A DNA stretch of 51,649 nucleotides from an uncultured Gammaproteobacteria bacterium (GTDB lineage Bacteria; Patescibacteriota; Patescibacteriia; Patescibacteriales; GWC2-42-12). Within the stretch, counting starts at the first letter, position 1; the number at the start of each line of letters is the position of its first letter. This document shows, in pieces, positions 24,299 through 34,905 of the stretch. Below the pieces are notes generated by a model. The model was not told the origin of the DNA. It was given only the letters and a program-made list of their open reading frames with translations, and did no database searches. The position numbers and the translations under genes were made by a program. The stretch spans positions 1 to 51,649 of the forward strand of contig CAYXNZ010000003.1 in NCBI GenBank assembly GCA_964467155.1, given 5' to 3'.

Positions 24299-24499
24299 AT
24301 GAGTGCTTTATTTGATTGGGCAGAAAGTATTGTTCAAGATTTTAACATCTGGGACATTGCTGTGATGAAACTCTATCTTTTTTCAGTTGGAGTTCTCTTC
24401 GGTGCCTATTTCTCAAACTTTTTTAAGAAGTGGATTTGGTGGGTACTAGGGATTGCGATTATCACTGGTGCGTGGATGATTTATAAGGTGATTAGTTAA
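24299..24499 (+). CDS. Small 2-TM membrane protein
   Basis: 66 aa, two hydrophobic helices. Confidence 0.6.
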   Translation: MSALFDWAESIVQDFNIWDIAVMKLYLFSVGVLFGAYFSNFFKKWIWWVLGIAIITGAWMIYKVIS

Positions 24500-24980
24500 T
24501 CGCTGTAATTCGGATTTCTCTGTCTTTAATTTTCATAACATCACCAACCTTTTTCCCAATTAGGCTGGCGCCTAGAGGCGAGTTGTGAGAAATAATATTT
24601 TTTGAGATATCAATCTCGGCTGAGCCAAGGATTTGATATGTTTTTATCTTTTTGTTTGATTCAATCGTAACTGTACTTCCCAGCTGGACCATGTCGCTTC
24701 TGGGATTTTCTTTTATAATAATCGCTGTTTTCAAGTGATGTTCAATTTTCAGTATTCTACTGTTCATACTACGCAGTTTGCCTTTCGCAATACTGTAAGC
24801 AGCATTTTCTGAAAAATCACCAAAAGCAGCCTGCTCTTTGACATCTTTAATCGCCAGCGGTCGTTCAATCTTCAACAGTCTATCTAGGCTGTTTTTTAGT
24901 TTATTGTATTTTTCCTTGGTAATATAGGGATCTGATTTGACCCAGGTGTATTTACCAGGTTTTCTAATTGGTGTTCTCAT
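24492..24980 (-). CDS. greA: GreA/GreB transcription elongation factor
   Basis: AFGDFSENAAY, VQLGSTV, YQILGSAE, ISHNSPLG.SLIGKKVGD. Confidence 0.9.
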   Translation of the reverse strand: MRTPIRKPGKYTWVKSDPYITKEKYNKLKNSLDRLLKIERPLAIKDVKEQAAFGDFSENAAYSIAKGKLRSMNSRILKIEHHLKTAIIIKENPRSDMVQLGSTVTIESNKKIKTYQILGSAEIDISKNIISHNSPLGASLIGKKVGDVMKIKDREIRITAIN

Positions 24981-25016
24981 AATATTTAGTATAGGTTAAA
25001 TTTATTTTAGGGTACA

Positions 25017-25052
25017 CCCCGCCATCGATTAGTCTAACTTGGTTTGGCGGGG
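25017..25052. repeat. REP-like palindrome CCCCGCC-N22-GGCGGGG(TAAA)
   Basis: Same arms and TAAA tail as 29600-29617. Confidence 0.6.
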
Positions 25053-25125
25053 TAAATTGTTTTTTGCGTGTCTTTTTTAACTAAGGTATAATGTAAATAT
25101 AGTTTTTATTAGCTTTAATATCTAA

Positions 25126-25383
25126 ATGTGGCATGTTTATATCGTAAAATGTAAGGATAAGACTTTTTATACTGGTGTGACAACTGATTTAAAAAGAAGA
25201 GTTGAAGAACATAATACCTCAACCTTAGGCGCAAAATATACCAAAGGGCGTCGCCCAGTAAAATTAGTTTATTCAATTAGGAAAAAAGATAAATCAGAAG
25301 CGCAAAAAGAAGAGTACCGAATAAAAAAATTATCTAGGATAGAAAAAATTAATATAATCAAAAAATTATGGAAGAAGAAGTGA
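25126..25383 (+). CDS. GIY-YIG nuclease (UPF0213/YhbQ-like)
   Basis: HVYIVKCKDKTFYTGVTTDLKRRVEEHN, GAKYTKGRRPVKLVY. Confidence 0.9.
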   Translation: MWHVYIVKCKDKTFYTGVTTDLKRRVEEHNTSTLGAKYTKGRRPVKLVYSIRKKDKSEAQKEEYRIKKLSRIEKINIIKKLWKKK

Positions 25384-25571
25384 TAAAAAAATTAAACGAG
25401 CAAGAAATTAAGATTGATGCTATTTATAAATCAGTTGAAAAGACCAGAAAATATTTCCTAGCAATCATTTGGATTTCAGTTATTTGTTTTGTCATACCGT
25501 TGATTGGCTTGCTTTTTGTCTTGCCGGCTTTTATTAGTTCGTATATTGGAAGTTTTACAGGGCTATTGTAA
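25368..25571 (+). CDS. Small membrane protein
   Basis: Coiled N-terminus plus long hydrophobic C-terminus; overlaps the GIY-YIG stop. Confidence 0.6.
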   Translation: MEEEVIKKLNEQEIKIDAIYKSVEKTRKYFLAIIWISVICFVIPLIGLLFVLPAFISSYIGSFTGLL

Positions 25572-25593
25572 TACTTGAAATAAAAATAAAATA

Positions 25594-26085
25594 ATGGAAA
25601 AAAATAACACGGGGTTTACTTTGATTGAAATTTTAGTGGTGATTGCTATCATCGGCGTTTTAGCAGTGATAGCTTTTGTTTATTTTGGTGGGGCAACTGT
25701 CAAAGCGCGAGACGCAAAAAGAATGAGCGATCTTAATCAGATTGGACGTTTTTTGAGCTTTGGTTGTTTGGTACCTGATGCCGGAGTAGGTGAATATGAC
25801 TTGAATGATTTGATAGAAGAATATAAAATAAAATATCCACAATATGCTAATAGTATCCCAGCAAATATTCGCGACCCGAAGACTGGTAGTGATAGCGCGT
25901 CAAATTATAAATACATAGTAAACATTAGTAAGCAATGTGTTTTGTACGCTAATCTGGAAGATAAAAATGTCGAAGTTAGCTTACCAAATATATCTGAGCC
26001 AACACCGGGTGGAGGCAAAGGGATTTATGAGGCCGAGAGTGATGGTTGGAATGGTAGTAATAAGTATTTTGCTGTTAGCAATTAG
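25594..26085 (+). CDS. Type IV pilin / T2SS pseudopilin-like protein
   Basis: Prepilin cleavage motif GFTLIEILVVIAIIGVLA, ARDAKRMSDL, RDP. Confidence 0.88.
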   Translation: MEKNNTGFTLIEILVVIAIIGVLAVIAFVYFGGATVKARDAKRMSDLNQIGRFLSFGCLVPDAGVGEYDLNDLIEEYKIKYPQYANSIPANIRDPKTGSDSASNYKYIVNISKQCVLYANLEDKNVEVSLPNISEPTPGGGKGIYEAESDGWNGSNKYFAVSN

Positions 26086-26146
26086 TTTTTAAAAAAATAT
26101 TTGTTTATTTAAAACAGGGGAGGTATTAATTCATAAGAAAAAAGAC

Positions 26147-26542
26147 ATGAAAATATGCAGGAATAGTTTAAGTTTTTGGTGGTACTTTACAAATTTTTGG
26201 ACGTTGATTGTTTTCTGGGTAGTGATTTGCGATTTTATTGCCGACAATGCTTTCAATCAATATCTGGGAGCTTTTCTAGTAGTGTATATAGCACTTTTGG
26301 CTATTTATGCTAGTAATAAAGAGTTTGAACGTTGGCGTCATTTGCATATTAGTTGTCATCCAGGCGAAGTTTATGTAATTGCTTGGACAATTTTGATTTT
26401 AGGAATCTTTGTTTTAGATATTATTATGGAAAAAGCTTATGAAATGTCTGATTCAATTGTGTCTGCCTATATCGCTATTTTGACTATCTTAGCGATTACT
26501 ATGAAATCAAGAAGAGTATACGAGAGAAAATTAAAAAAATAG
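26147..26542 (+). CDS. Hypothetical 4-TM membrane protein
   Basis: Hydrophobic helices; Y..LLAIYASNKEFERW. Confidence 0.65.
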   Translation: MKICRNSLSFWWYFTNFWTLIVFWVVICDFIADNAFNQYLGAFLVVYIALLAIYASNKEFERWRHLHISCHPGEVYVIAWTILILGIFVLDIIMEKAYEMSDSIVSAYIAILTILAITMKSRRVYERKLKK

Positions 26543-26551
26543 ATTTTATTT

Positions 26552-27241
26552 ATGATAAAAAAATGTAAAAATGCCATGTTAGGCATCTCGGAAATCGTGG
26601 ACGGCGATATGCACTTGAGCAATTCTCAGTCTGTAATTAATCGGCGAAAATATTTTGAAAAGATAGATTTGAAAAATTTACCAGTTGTTTCAGCTAGATT
26701 GGCAGACGGTAACAAAGTTAGAATAATAAAAAATCAGAATAAAAACAGAACAGTTAACGGAGTAGACGCATTGATAACTAATGAAAAGGATTTAATTTTG
26801 TCAGTTACGACAGCTGATTGTTTGCCCATTTATTTTTACGAATCATCATTAGGGGTAATCGGCATTGTTCATGTTGGTTGGCGAGGTCTACTTAATCAAA
26901 CTATTACTAACACAATTAAGGCGATGAAAAATGAATATGGGGTTAGTGTCAGAAAAATAAAAATAATGATTGGTCCCCATATTCAGAAATGTCATTTTGA
27001 AGTAAAGGATGATGTTTGGTTGCAGTTTAAAAAATATGATTCAGCTAGGATAGAGATAGATTCAAAAAAATATATTGATTTAAGCGAGGTAGCTGTTAGC
27101 CAGGCTAAAAAGCTAGGGATTTTAAAAAGCAATATTGTTGTTAGCCGAAAATGTACTCATCGTTTACGAAATAGATATTTTTCTTTTAGGCGAGACAAGA
27201 TTTTAAAAACTATGATTAATTTTATTGTTTGTAAAAAATAA
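26552..27241 (+). CDS. pgeF: YfiH/PgeF-family purine nucleoside phosphorylase / peptidoglycan editing factor
   Basis: DALIT, TADCLPI, HVGWRG, IGPHI..CHFEV, CT......FSFRR. Confidence 0.85.
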   Translation: MIKKCKNAMLGISEIVDGDMHLSNSQSVINRRKYFEKIDLKNLPVVSARLADGNKVRIIKNQNKNRTVNGVDALITNEKDLILSVTTADCLPIYFYESSLGVIGIVHVGWRGLLNQTITNTIKAMKNEYGVSVRKIKIMIGPHIQKCHFEVKDDVWLQFKKYDSARIEIDSKKYIDLSEVAVSQAKKLGILKSNIVVSRKCTHRLRNRYFSFRRDKILKTMINFIVCKK

Positions 27242-27243
27242 TT

Positions 27244-27519
27244 ATGCTTGATAAATATATTGAAAAATTAGCAGAAAAAGGCGAGGTGTATTTGAGATTG
27301 AAAGCTCGACCAAACGCTAGTCAAACTAAGATTACGGAGATTATGAACAGCGAAGACGGACAGACTGTCAAAATAGATGTCGCAGCGGTGCCAGAAAAAA
27401 ATAAAGCCAACAAGGAAATTATAAAATTTTTAGCCAAAGAATTTAAAGTACCAAAAAGCGATATTAAATTAATTAGTGGTATGACGGAAAAGGTTAAATT
27501 AATAAAAATAAAAAAATAA
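27244..27519 (+). CDS. DUF167 (YggU-like) protein
   Basis: KARPNA, VKIDVAAVPEKNKANKEIIKFLAK.F.V....I.LISG. Confidence 0.85.
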   Translation: MLDKYIEKLAEKGEVYLRLKARPNASQTKITEIMNSEDGQTVKIDVAAVPEKNKANKEIIKFLAKEFKVPKSDIKLISGMTEKVKLIKIKK

Positions 27520-28217
27520 TGAGCGAAGAAAAAAGTAATATTCCAAAGCATGTTGGTATTATCATGGATGGTAATCGACGTTGGGCGAAAGAGAGAAATT
27601 TGAATAGTTTTGACGGACACCAAAAAGGTTATCAAAAAATGAAAGAAGTACCAAAATGGTTTTTTGATCGAGGAGTTAAGACAGTATCGCTTTATGCTTT
27701 TTCAGCAGAGAATTGGAATCGAGCCAGAGATGAGGTTAATTATTTAATGCAGTTAATTAAAATAGCATTTACAGAAGAATTTGAAGATTTTAATAAGCGA
27801 GGATATAGAATTATTATTAGTGGGCGGATTGATGAATTGCCTGGAGATTTACCAGAAATTTGCCGTGAAATTGAATCCAAAACAAAAAACAATACAAAGG
27901 GTATCTTAAATATTTGTTTGAATTATGGTGGGCGAGTGGAAATTGTTGATGCGATTAGAAAAATAATCAAGAATAAAATTGAGCTGGAACAATTGCACGA
28001 AGGTATGATAAAAAAATATTTTTATCATAGCGAATTATCGGATCCTGATGTTGTTGTTAGGACATCGGGCGAGCAAAGATTGTCTGGTTTTTTACTGTGG
28101 CAGAGTGCTTATAGTGAATTAATTTTCTTGAAAAAATATTGGCCAGATTTTGAAGAACAAGATGCGGATGGTGTATTGAGTGAATATGCAAATAGAAGCA
28201 GGAGATTTGGAGAATAG
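27519..28217 (+). CDS. uppS: Undecaprenyl diphosphate synthase
   Basis: HVGIIMDGNRRWA, YAFSAENW.R, NYGGR, RTSGEQRLSGFLLWQ. Confidence 0.95.
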   Translation: MSEEKSNIPKHVGIIMDGNRRWAKERNLNSFDGHQKGYQKMKEVPKWFFDRGVKTVSLYAFSAENWNRARDEVNYLMQLIKIAFTEEFEDFNKRGYRIIISGRIDELPGDLPEICREIESKTKNNTKGILNICLNYGGRVEIVDAIRKIIKNKIELEQLHEGMIKKYFYHSELSDPDVVVRTSGEQRLSGFLLWQSAYSELIFLKKYWPDFEEQDADGVLSEYANRSRRFGE

Positions 28218-28307
28218 GATTGGGTAATAAAAATAAGCTGCCCTGCTTGCTTACAGGGGGGTCTTTTTTTATTTGCCTTTTACCTGTCTGTTTGATAATA
28301 TCAAGGC

Positions 28308-29519
28308 ATGGAAAAAGAGGTCAAAAAAACGCCTTTGGCGGATAGAATGAGACCAGAAACATTGACTGATTTTCTCGGTCAAGATGAGATTGTTGGTGCT
28401 GGTAAATTACTTCGACAGGCGATTGAATTAGACAATTTACCGTCAATGATTTTTTGGGGCCCACCAGGTAGTGGTAAAACTACTTTGGCGCATATTATTG
28501 CCAAGCAAACGAAATCTGATGTTATTAAAATTAGCGCAGTTACTAGCGGGTTGAAAGATTTAAGATTGGTGATAAAAAAAGCCAAAGAGAATAATGAGAT
28601 TTATGATAAACGAACGATTTTATTTATTGATGAGATTCATCGTTGGAATAAATCTCAACAAGATGCTTTATTACCACATGTTGAGCAAGGAGTAATAACT
28701 TTGATTGGTGCGACAACTGAAAATCCTAGTTTTGAAATACGCGGTGCGCTTCTTTCTCGGTGCCGTGTTTTTGTTTTGAAAAGATTGGCAGAAAAATATA
28801 TCAAAGAAATCATTAAACGGGCTATAAATGACAAAGAAAAAGGTCTCGGTAAATTAAACTTAAAATTGGATGACAATATGATTGGATTAATCGCTGATAT
28901 GAGTAATGGCGATGTTCGAATAGCCTTGAACGTGATTGAATACGCCAGTTCAATTAGCCCGAAGATAAATCAAGAAATTATCAAAGAAGCTTTCCAAAAA
29001 TCTCATTTACTTTATGACAAAGACGGCGAAGAACATTACAATATTATTTCCGCCTTACATAAATCAATGCGTGGTTCGGATGCGGATGCAGCTTTGTATT
29101 GGTTAGCGAGAATGTTAGAAGCTGGTGAAGATCCACTTTATGTGGCTCGTCGATTGGTTAGGTTTGCTTCCGAGGACGTTGGCTTGGCAAATTCACACGC
29201 TTTAGAACAGGCAGTAGCTGCTTACCAAGCGTGTCATTTTATAGGAATGCCAGAATACAATGTAATATTAGCTCAAATAGTTGTTTATTTAGCTAAATGT
29301 AAAAAATCAAATCAACTTTATATGGCCTATAACGAAGCAGCCAGAGATGTTCGTGATCTTGGTAATTTGTCAATACCACTTCATATACGAAATGCGCCAA
29401 CTAAATTAATGAAAAAATTAGGTTATGGCCGTGGTTATAAATATAGCCCAGACCATAATTACAAAGAGGAACAGGAGTATTTACCGGATGAATTAAAAAA
29501 TAAAAAATATATAAAATAA
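28308..29519 (+). CDS. rarA: Replication-associated recombination protein A (MgsA)
   Basis: [42 protein letters not shown]. Confidence 0.95.
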   Translation: MEKEVKKTPLADRMRPETLTDFLGQDEIVGAGKLLRQAIELDNLPSMIFWGPPGSGKTTLAHIIAKQTKSDVIKISAVTSGLKDLRLVIKKAKENNEIYDKRTILFIDEIHRWNKSQQDALLPHVEQGVITLIGATTENPSFEIRGALLSRCRVFVLKRLAEKYIKEIIKRAINDKEKGLGKLNLKLDDNMIGLIADMSNGDVRIALNVIEYASSISPKINQEIIKEAFQKSHLLYDKDGEEHYNIISALHKSMRGSDADAALYWLARMLEAGEDPLYVARRLVRFASEDVGLANSHALEQAVAAYQACHFIGMPEYNVILAQIVVYLAKCKKSNQLYMAYNEAARDVRDLGNLSIPLHIRNAPTKLMKKLGYGRGYKYSPDHNYKEEQEYLPDELKNKKYIK

Positions 29520-29533
29520 TTATTTAAATCTTG

Positions 29534-29617
29534 AAGCTGCCGCTTGGGCATTACTTTTTGTGACCAAAAAGTAATCAAAAAGTCTTGGGGTACTTTATTC
29601 CCCGCCAGTCGGCGGGG
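29534..29617. repeat. 63-nt dispersed repeat, copy 2, followed by palindrome CCCCGCCAGTCGGCGGGG
   Basis: 59/63 identical to 16086-16148; palindrome at 29600-29617. Confidence 0.85.
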
Positions 29618-29756
29618 TAAACGCTACTAAGCTCAGGCCTGTCCCGTAGTATTGCGAGGACGTACCCAAAAAACCCCCCCCTGATTATTTTAAAATTTAT
29701 AATCAAATATAAATAAGATATATAAAATAATTAATAAAAAATAAAAAATAAATTTT

Positions 29757-30899
29757 ATGGATTATGGTGAAAAAGCATTAGAAGTTCACAGAAAGAATCG
29801 TGGTAAGATTGAAATTAAAACAAAAGTACCATTAAAAACGAAAGATGATTTATCAATCGCTTATACGCCTGGTGTGGCCAAGGTTTCAGAAGTGATAGGC
29901 AAAAATAAACAAAAATCTTACGAATTAACCAATCGTGGTAATCAAATAGCGATTGTTTCAGATGGTACAGCAGTTTTAGGGCTTGGTAATATCGGTCCAG
30001 AAGCAGCTTTACCGGTCATGGAAGGTAAATCAGCTATTTTCAAAGAGTTTGCTGGTATTGACGCTATTCCACTTTGTATTAACACAACAGATCCAAAAGA
30101 AATTATTAAATTTTGTAAATATATTGAGCCTAGTTTTGCTGGTATCAATCTTGAAGATATTGCGGCGCCGAGATGTTTCGAAATATTGCCTCAATTAGAA
30201 AAAGAATTATCTATTCCAGTTTTTCATGACGATCAAGATGGTACAGCTATTGTGGTTCTAGCAGCTTTGATTAATGCCTGTCGAGTGACGGGTAAAGTAA
30301 TGAGTGAATTAAAGGTAGTGGTTAATGGTGCTGGTGCGGCTGGTATTTCTATTACAAAACTTCTGTTAACACAAAATGTCAAAGATATAGTGTTGGTTGA
30401 CAGTTGTGGCGTTCTCCATCGTGGCAGATGCAATTTAACGCAAGCCAAAAAAGATATCATGGAAAAAATAAATAAACAAAAGACATGTTGCGGTTTGCAA
30501 GAAGCAATGTATGGTCGAGATGTTTTTATTGGTGTATCTGTTGGAAATTTAGTAAACGAAAAGATGATTAAATTAATGAATGCTGAGCCGATAATTTTTG
30601 CTATGGCTAATCCTACACCAGAAGTTAAGCCAGAAATTGCTTTGCGAGCTGGCGCTTCTATTGTCGGTACAGGTAGGTCTGATTTTCCGAATCAAATAAA
30701 TAATGCCTTAGTTTTTCCAGGATTATTTAAGGGTTTATTAGAGGGTAAAACGAAAAAAATAACTGATAAATTAAAAATAGCTATCGCAGTAGCAATTGCT
30801 TATTCGGTGAAACCAAGTAAAAATAAAATTTTGCCTTTATTAACAGACAGAAATAACGTAGAAGTGATAGCTAACACAATAAAAAAGTTTAATGGTTAA
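29757..30899 (+). CDS. NAD(P)-dependent malic enzyme (short form)
   Basis: AYTPGVA, GLGNIG, VMEGK, NLEDI, FHDDQ.GTA, GAGAAG, FAMANP, NQINN. Confidence 0.93.
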   Translation: MDYGEKALEVHRKNRGKIEIKTKVPLKTKDDLSIAYTPGVAKVSEVIGKNKQKSYELTNRGNQIAIVSDGTAVLGLGNIGPEAALPVMEGKSAIFKEFAGIDAIPLCINTTDPKEIIKFCKYIEPSFAGINLEDIAAPRCFEILPQLEKELSIPVFHDDQDGTAIVVLAALINACRVTGKVMSELKVVVNGAGAAGISITKLLLTQNVKDIVLVDSCGVLHRGRCNLTQAKKDIMEKINKQKTCCGLQEAMYGRDVFIGVSVGNLVNEKMIKLMNAEPIIFAMANPTPEVKPEIALRAGASIVGTGRSDFPNQINNALVFPGLFKGLLEGKTKKITDKLKIAIAVAIAYSVKPSKNKILPLLTDRNNVEVIANTIKKFNG

Positions 30900-31443
30900 A
30901 TCAGAAAAGCCTAAATTATTACTACATATTTGTTGCGCTGGTTGTGGCGTGTACGTTAGTCAATTATTGTCCCGAGAATTCGGGATTGATGTTTGTTTAT
31001 TTTTTTATAATCCCAATATTTTTCCAGCCAGTGAATATGAACAAAGGCTAGAGGAGGTAAAAAAAATTTCAGAAAAATATAAAATTGAATTATTAGTGGG
31101 CGAGTATATACATAAGGCGTGGTTCAAAAAAACCAAGGAGTATAAAAATGAACCAGAAAAAGGAAAGAGATGTGAAATTTGTTATTTTGATAGATTAGAA
31201 TTAACAGCTCAAACAGCTAAAACAAAAAAATTTGATTTTTTTACCACAACCTTGACGGTTAGTCCGCATAAATTAGCAAACAAAATTATTGAAATGGGGC
31301 AGAAGCTGTCTAAACAATATGAAGTTGATTTTTTACCCGCGGATTTTAAGAAAAAAAATGGTTTCAAAGAAGCTTCGGCTTTATCAAAGAGAATGGGCTT
31401 GTATCGTCAAAATTATTGTGGTTGTGAATTTAGCCGTCGCTAG
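30892..31443 (+). CDS. queH: Epoxyqueuosine reductase QueH (DUF208)
   Basis: LLHICCAGC, FYNPNI.P..EY..R, RC..C...RL, YRQNYCGC.FS. Confidence 0.9.
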   Translation: MVKSEKPKLLLHICCAGCGVYVSQLLSREFGIDVCLFFYNPNIFPASEYEQRLEEVKKISEKYKIELLVGEYIHKAWFKKTKEYKNEPEKGKRCEICYFDRLELTAQTAKTKKFDFFTTTLTVSPHKLANKIIEMGQKLSKQYEVDFLPADFKKKNGFKEASALSKRMGLYRQNYCGCEFSRR

Positions 31444-31511
31444 TTTATTGATTATATAAAAATTGTGTTATAATATATTAAGCGGAATTATTATTCAATA
31501 AAGAATTTTTT

Positions 31512-32555
31512 ATGGATATTTCCGAATATTTTAAACAAGCAATCGAGCAAAAAGCTTCAGATTTACATTTGGCGGCTGGTAGTGCGCCAGCTTTAAGAAT
31601 TGGTGGTGATTTGGTGAAATTAAAAGAAGAACCAATCGACAGCAAAAGTTTGTCAGATGCCATTTTTGCTATCATTGATGAAAAAACTAAAAAAAGATTT
31701 ATACGCAAAAGAGAACTTGATTTTTCGCAAGAATTTTTTGGTGAACGTTTTCGTATAAATTTACATTATCAAGAAGGTAAAATCGGTTTGACTGGACGAT
31801 TGGTGCCAGCGACCGTACCAAAACCAGAGACATTAGGCTTTGACGAGAAGATATACAATTTGACACACTTAAAGGATGGGTTAATTTTAGTGACTGGTCC
31901 GTCAGGCTCGGGTAAGTCAACCACCTTGGCTTCCATGATTAATATTATTAACAATGAGAGACGAGCACATATAATAACCATTGAAGATCCGATTGAATAT
32001 TTATTCAAAGAAAAATTAAGTATTATTGAACAACGAGAGCTTGGCCATGATACTAAGTCTTTTGCTTCAGCTTTAAAATACGCTTTAAGACAAGATCCAA
32101 ATGTTATTATGGTTGGTGAGATGAGAGATTTAGAAACAATTTCAGCTGCTTTAACTGCTGCTGAAACAGGCCATCTGGTTATTTCTACCTTGCACACTTC
32201 AACTGCAGCAGAAACCATTAGTCGAATTACTGATGTGTTTCCGGCTCATCAACAACAACAAATTTTAAATCAACTTGCTTCTACTTTGCGAGCAGTTATC
32301 GCGCAACAGCTTTTACCAAAGGTTGACGGTGGCTTGGTAGCAGCTAGAGAGATATTAATGAATAACCAGGCAGTTGCTAACTTAATTAGACGAAATCAAA
32401 TTGGACAGATTTATTCGGCTATTCAAACTGGCCATCAAGAAGGCATGATTACGATGAATAAATCAATTGACCACCTATTGAAGCTAGGATTAATTAGCGA
32501 CAGCGTAGCAAATAATCGAAAACGTGATTTAGAAACTCAAGCAGCATACTATTAA
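31512..32555 (+). CDS. pilT: Type IV pilus retraction ATPase
   Basis: GPSGSGKSTT, TIEDPIE, ALRQDPNVIMVGEMRD, AETGHLV.STLHT. Confidence 0.93.
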   Translation: MDISEYFKQAIEQKASDLHLAAGSAPALRIGGDLVKLKEEPIDSKSLSDAIFAIIDEKTKKRFIRKRELDFSQEFFGERFRINLHYQEGKIGLTGRLVPATVPKPETLGFDEKIYNLTHLKDGLILVTGPSGSGKSTTLASMINIINNERRAHIITIEDPIEYLFKEKLSIIEQRELGHDTKSFASALKYALRQDPNVIMVGEMRDLETISAALTAAETGHLVISTLHTSTAAETISRITDVFPAHQQQQILNQLASTLRAVIAQQLLPKVDGGLVAAREILMNNQAVANLIRRNQIGQIYSAIQTGHQEGMITMNKSIDHLLKLGLISDSVANNRKRDLETQAAYY

Positions 32556-32564
32556 ATATTTTTT

Positions 32565-32894
32565 ATGAATCCAGAAAGATGGGACAAAATAAAAGGCAAT
32601 GTTTTGGACAACATGGAAGTGGAGGAATCAGATAGTTATAAATCTGATGAGACAGATGGAGCTGAAGTGGAATTTATTATCTTTAAAAGTCCGCTTGGTC
32701 GAATAAAACTGGAATTTGTCACCAAACCATTGATTATCGATAAAAAGACTTTGTATTCGAATAGGATCGGCTCTGAGACAAAAGTGGACTATGTATATAG
32801 TGATACGGAAAAAACATATAGATTAAATTTTTATAAATGGGACGAAGATCGGGATGGCTGGTCAGAAATTGATGCTAGAAATTTTAGTTTATAA
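32565..32894 (+). CDS. Hypothetical acidic protein
   Basis: 109-aa ORF in the operon; no recognised motif. Confidence 0.65.
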   Translation: MNPERWDKIKGNVLDNMEVEESDSYKSDETDGAEVEFIIFKSPLGRIKLEFVTKPLIIDKKTLYSNRIGSETKVDYVYSDTEKTYRLNFYKWDEDRDGWSEIDARNFSL

Positions 32895-32945
32895 AAAATA
32901 CATCAAATATTAATTTAATATATTTAATAATTAATTTTTAAAATT

Positions 32946-33707
32946 ATGAGTGGACTTTATATTTCTATAATTGCAATTGTTTTGCTTATATTAGCTAGTT
33001 TACGTCAGATAAACCAGTATGAGCGGGGTGTTAGATTTACAATGGGTAGATACTCTGGCATCATGGAACCAGGTTGGCGGATTGTGTGGCCGATTTTTCA
33101 AACTTATCGTAATGTTGATATGCGTGTTAAAGCAGTCGATGTGCCAGACCAGAAGGCTATTACTAAAGACAATGTTTCGGTTTTGGTGAATGCAGTGATT
33201 TATTACAAGGTATCAACAGCTAACAAAGCTATCATTGAAGTGGAGGATTTTCGTTATGCTATTTCCCAGTTTGCTCAAACAACTATGCGAAATATAGTTG
33301 GTGAGGCTACACTTGATGAGCTATTGGCTAATCGTGATAAAATCGCAGAGAGAATTAGAGAAATTGTCGACAAAGAAACTGATGATTGGGGTTTGAAGGT
33401 TAGTAACGTTGAATTAAAAGATGTTAGTTTACCAGAGGAGATGGAGCGGGTAATTGCCAAACAAGCTGAAGCTGAAAGAGAAAAAAGAGCAGTGATTATA
33501 AAGGCCGAAGGTGAAGTGGCGGCTGCATCAAATATGGCGAAAGCAGCTGATATGCTGTCTGCCTCAAAAGGAGCTTTACATTTGAGAACCCTGCAGTCAA
33601 TCAACGATTTGTCTTCAGATCAGTCGAACACAATTATTTTTGCCGTCCCATTAGAGGTTCTGCGAGCCTTTGACGGTTATGGTATTAAAATGTCTAAAGA
33701 AAAATAA
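32946..33707 (+). CDS. SPFH/band-7 (stomatin/slipin) protein
   Basis: YERGVRF, TKDNVSV.VNAV, AQTTMRNIVG..TLDELL, QAEAERE.RA. Confidence 0.92.
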   Translation: MSGLYISIIAIVLLILASLRQINQYERGVRFTMGRYSGIMEPGWRIVWPIFQTYRNVDMRVKAVDVPDQKAITKDNVSVLVNAVIYYKVSTANKAIIEVEDFRYAISQFAQTTMRNIVGEATLDELLANRDKIAERIREIVDKETDDWGLKVSNVELKDVSLPEEMERVIAKQAEAEREKRAVIIKAEGEVAAASNMAKAADMLSASKGALHLRTLQSINDLSSDQSNTIIFAVPLEVLRAFDGYGIKMSKEK

Positions 33708-33722
33708 ACAATAATAAAAAAT

Positions 33723-34133
33723 ATGATAAAAAAGAAAAATATTTTTATTTTTTTAATCATACTCGGATTGTTATTTACGACTTACTTGTTGCTAAGTTCA
33801 GAATCGGTTGATAAGCAGATTGTTAAAGATAATAGTGACAAAGAACTTGATATCACTACGACAGAATATGTTAGTCAACTCAAAGTTTTGGTAAATAATT
33901 ATCGACAGGCTGTTATGAGCGACGAGTTAGATGTTCTTAAAGTTAAAAATATCAGAGAAGATATTTTAGCTTTAGTTGTACCGACACAATACAAGGATTT
34001 ACATGTACAAATAGTTCTAGCTTTAATAAAGATGGAAGAGTTTATTAAAGGAGCGGACCAGTCTTACAAAATGGAAAGTAATAATTTAATCAATGAAGCG
34101 TTGGCTAATAATAATTGGCTAGAAACAGAATAA
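33723..34133 (+). CDS. Hypothetical membrane-anchored protein
   Basis: N-terminal TM helix; operon context. Confidence 0.6.
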   Translation: MIKKKNIFIFLIILGLLFTTYLLLSSESVDKQIVKDNSDKELDITTTEYVSQLKVLVNNYRQAVMSDELDVLKVKNIREDILALVVPTQYKDLHVQIVLALIKMEEFIKGADQSYKMESNNLINEALANNNWLETE

Positions 34134-34137
34134 AAAA

Positions 34138-34899
34138 ATGTTTTACAAACGTTTATTGCCACTTTTTATTCCTTTATTAATTTGGGCATTTATCCAGATT
34201 TTTTATTTTAATCCTAAATTGATTTATGTAGTTTTGGTTTTAGTCAACGCGGTTTTATTTTATGCTGTTTGGCAATTAACTCGCGATAGTAGTGTTGATA
34301 ATAAATGGTGGAACTATTTGATTTTACCAAGTCTTTTGTTGAGTTTTACAATTTTATTTTCATTGTTTGTCCAAAATAAATTATTAATTCAAATTATTTT
34401 TGTTGCTTTATCAGCTTCTCTTTATATTTATTTAAAACATTCATTTTATTATTTGCTTGAGCCGATATCGTATCGAGAAGATAGTTTAAGTAACATTTCA
34501 GCTAGTTTAAATTTTGTCACTTTCTTTTTGTTAGCATCAGTCATTTATGGTTTACAATCGTTTTTGAATTTTTCAGTGTTGTTATTGTCTTTTATTGTAT
34601 TAGTGATTGGTTTTTTGCTAATCTATCAAATTATTTGGGCGAACAAAATTGGTTTTAAAAAAGGCTTAATTTATATATTAATTGGTTGTTTGATTATAGT
34701 GGAACTAGCGTGGTCGATTTCCTTTTTACCTTTTAATTACATAGCTACTGGATTAATATTAGCGATATGTTATTATATATTAGTTAATTTAATAAAAAAT
34801 TATTTACTTGATGAGCTTGATAGCAAAAAAGTAAGAACATATTTGCTTATCGGTTTAATAGGAATTATCTTGGTGTTATTTACGTCAAGGTGGCTATAA
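34138..34899 (+). CDS. Hypothetical polytopic membrane protein
   Basis: About 8 TM helices. Confidence 0.7.
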   Translation: MFYKRLLPLFIPLLIWAFIQIFYFNPKLIYVVLVLVNAVLFYAVWQLTRDSSVDNKWWNYLILPSLLLSFTILFSLFVQNKLLIQIIFVALSASLYIYLKHSFYYLLEPISYREDSLSNISASLNFVTFFLLASVIYGLQSFLNFSVLLLSFIVLVIGFLLIYQIIWANKIGFKKGLIYILIGCLIIVELAWSISFLPFNYIATGLILAICYYILVNLIKNYLLDELDSKKVRTYLLIGLIGIILVLFTSRWL

Positions 34900-34905
34900 A
34901 ATTTT

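Noticed and set aside
25126-25383. GIY-YIG nuclease as the mobiliser of the GATTCCCGC..GGGAATGAC repeats
   Set aside because: The sequence looks like the housekeeping UPF0213 type and is not flanked by that repeat family; no direct evidence.
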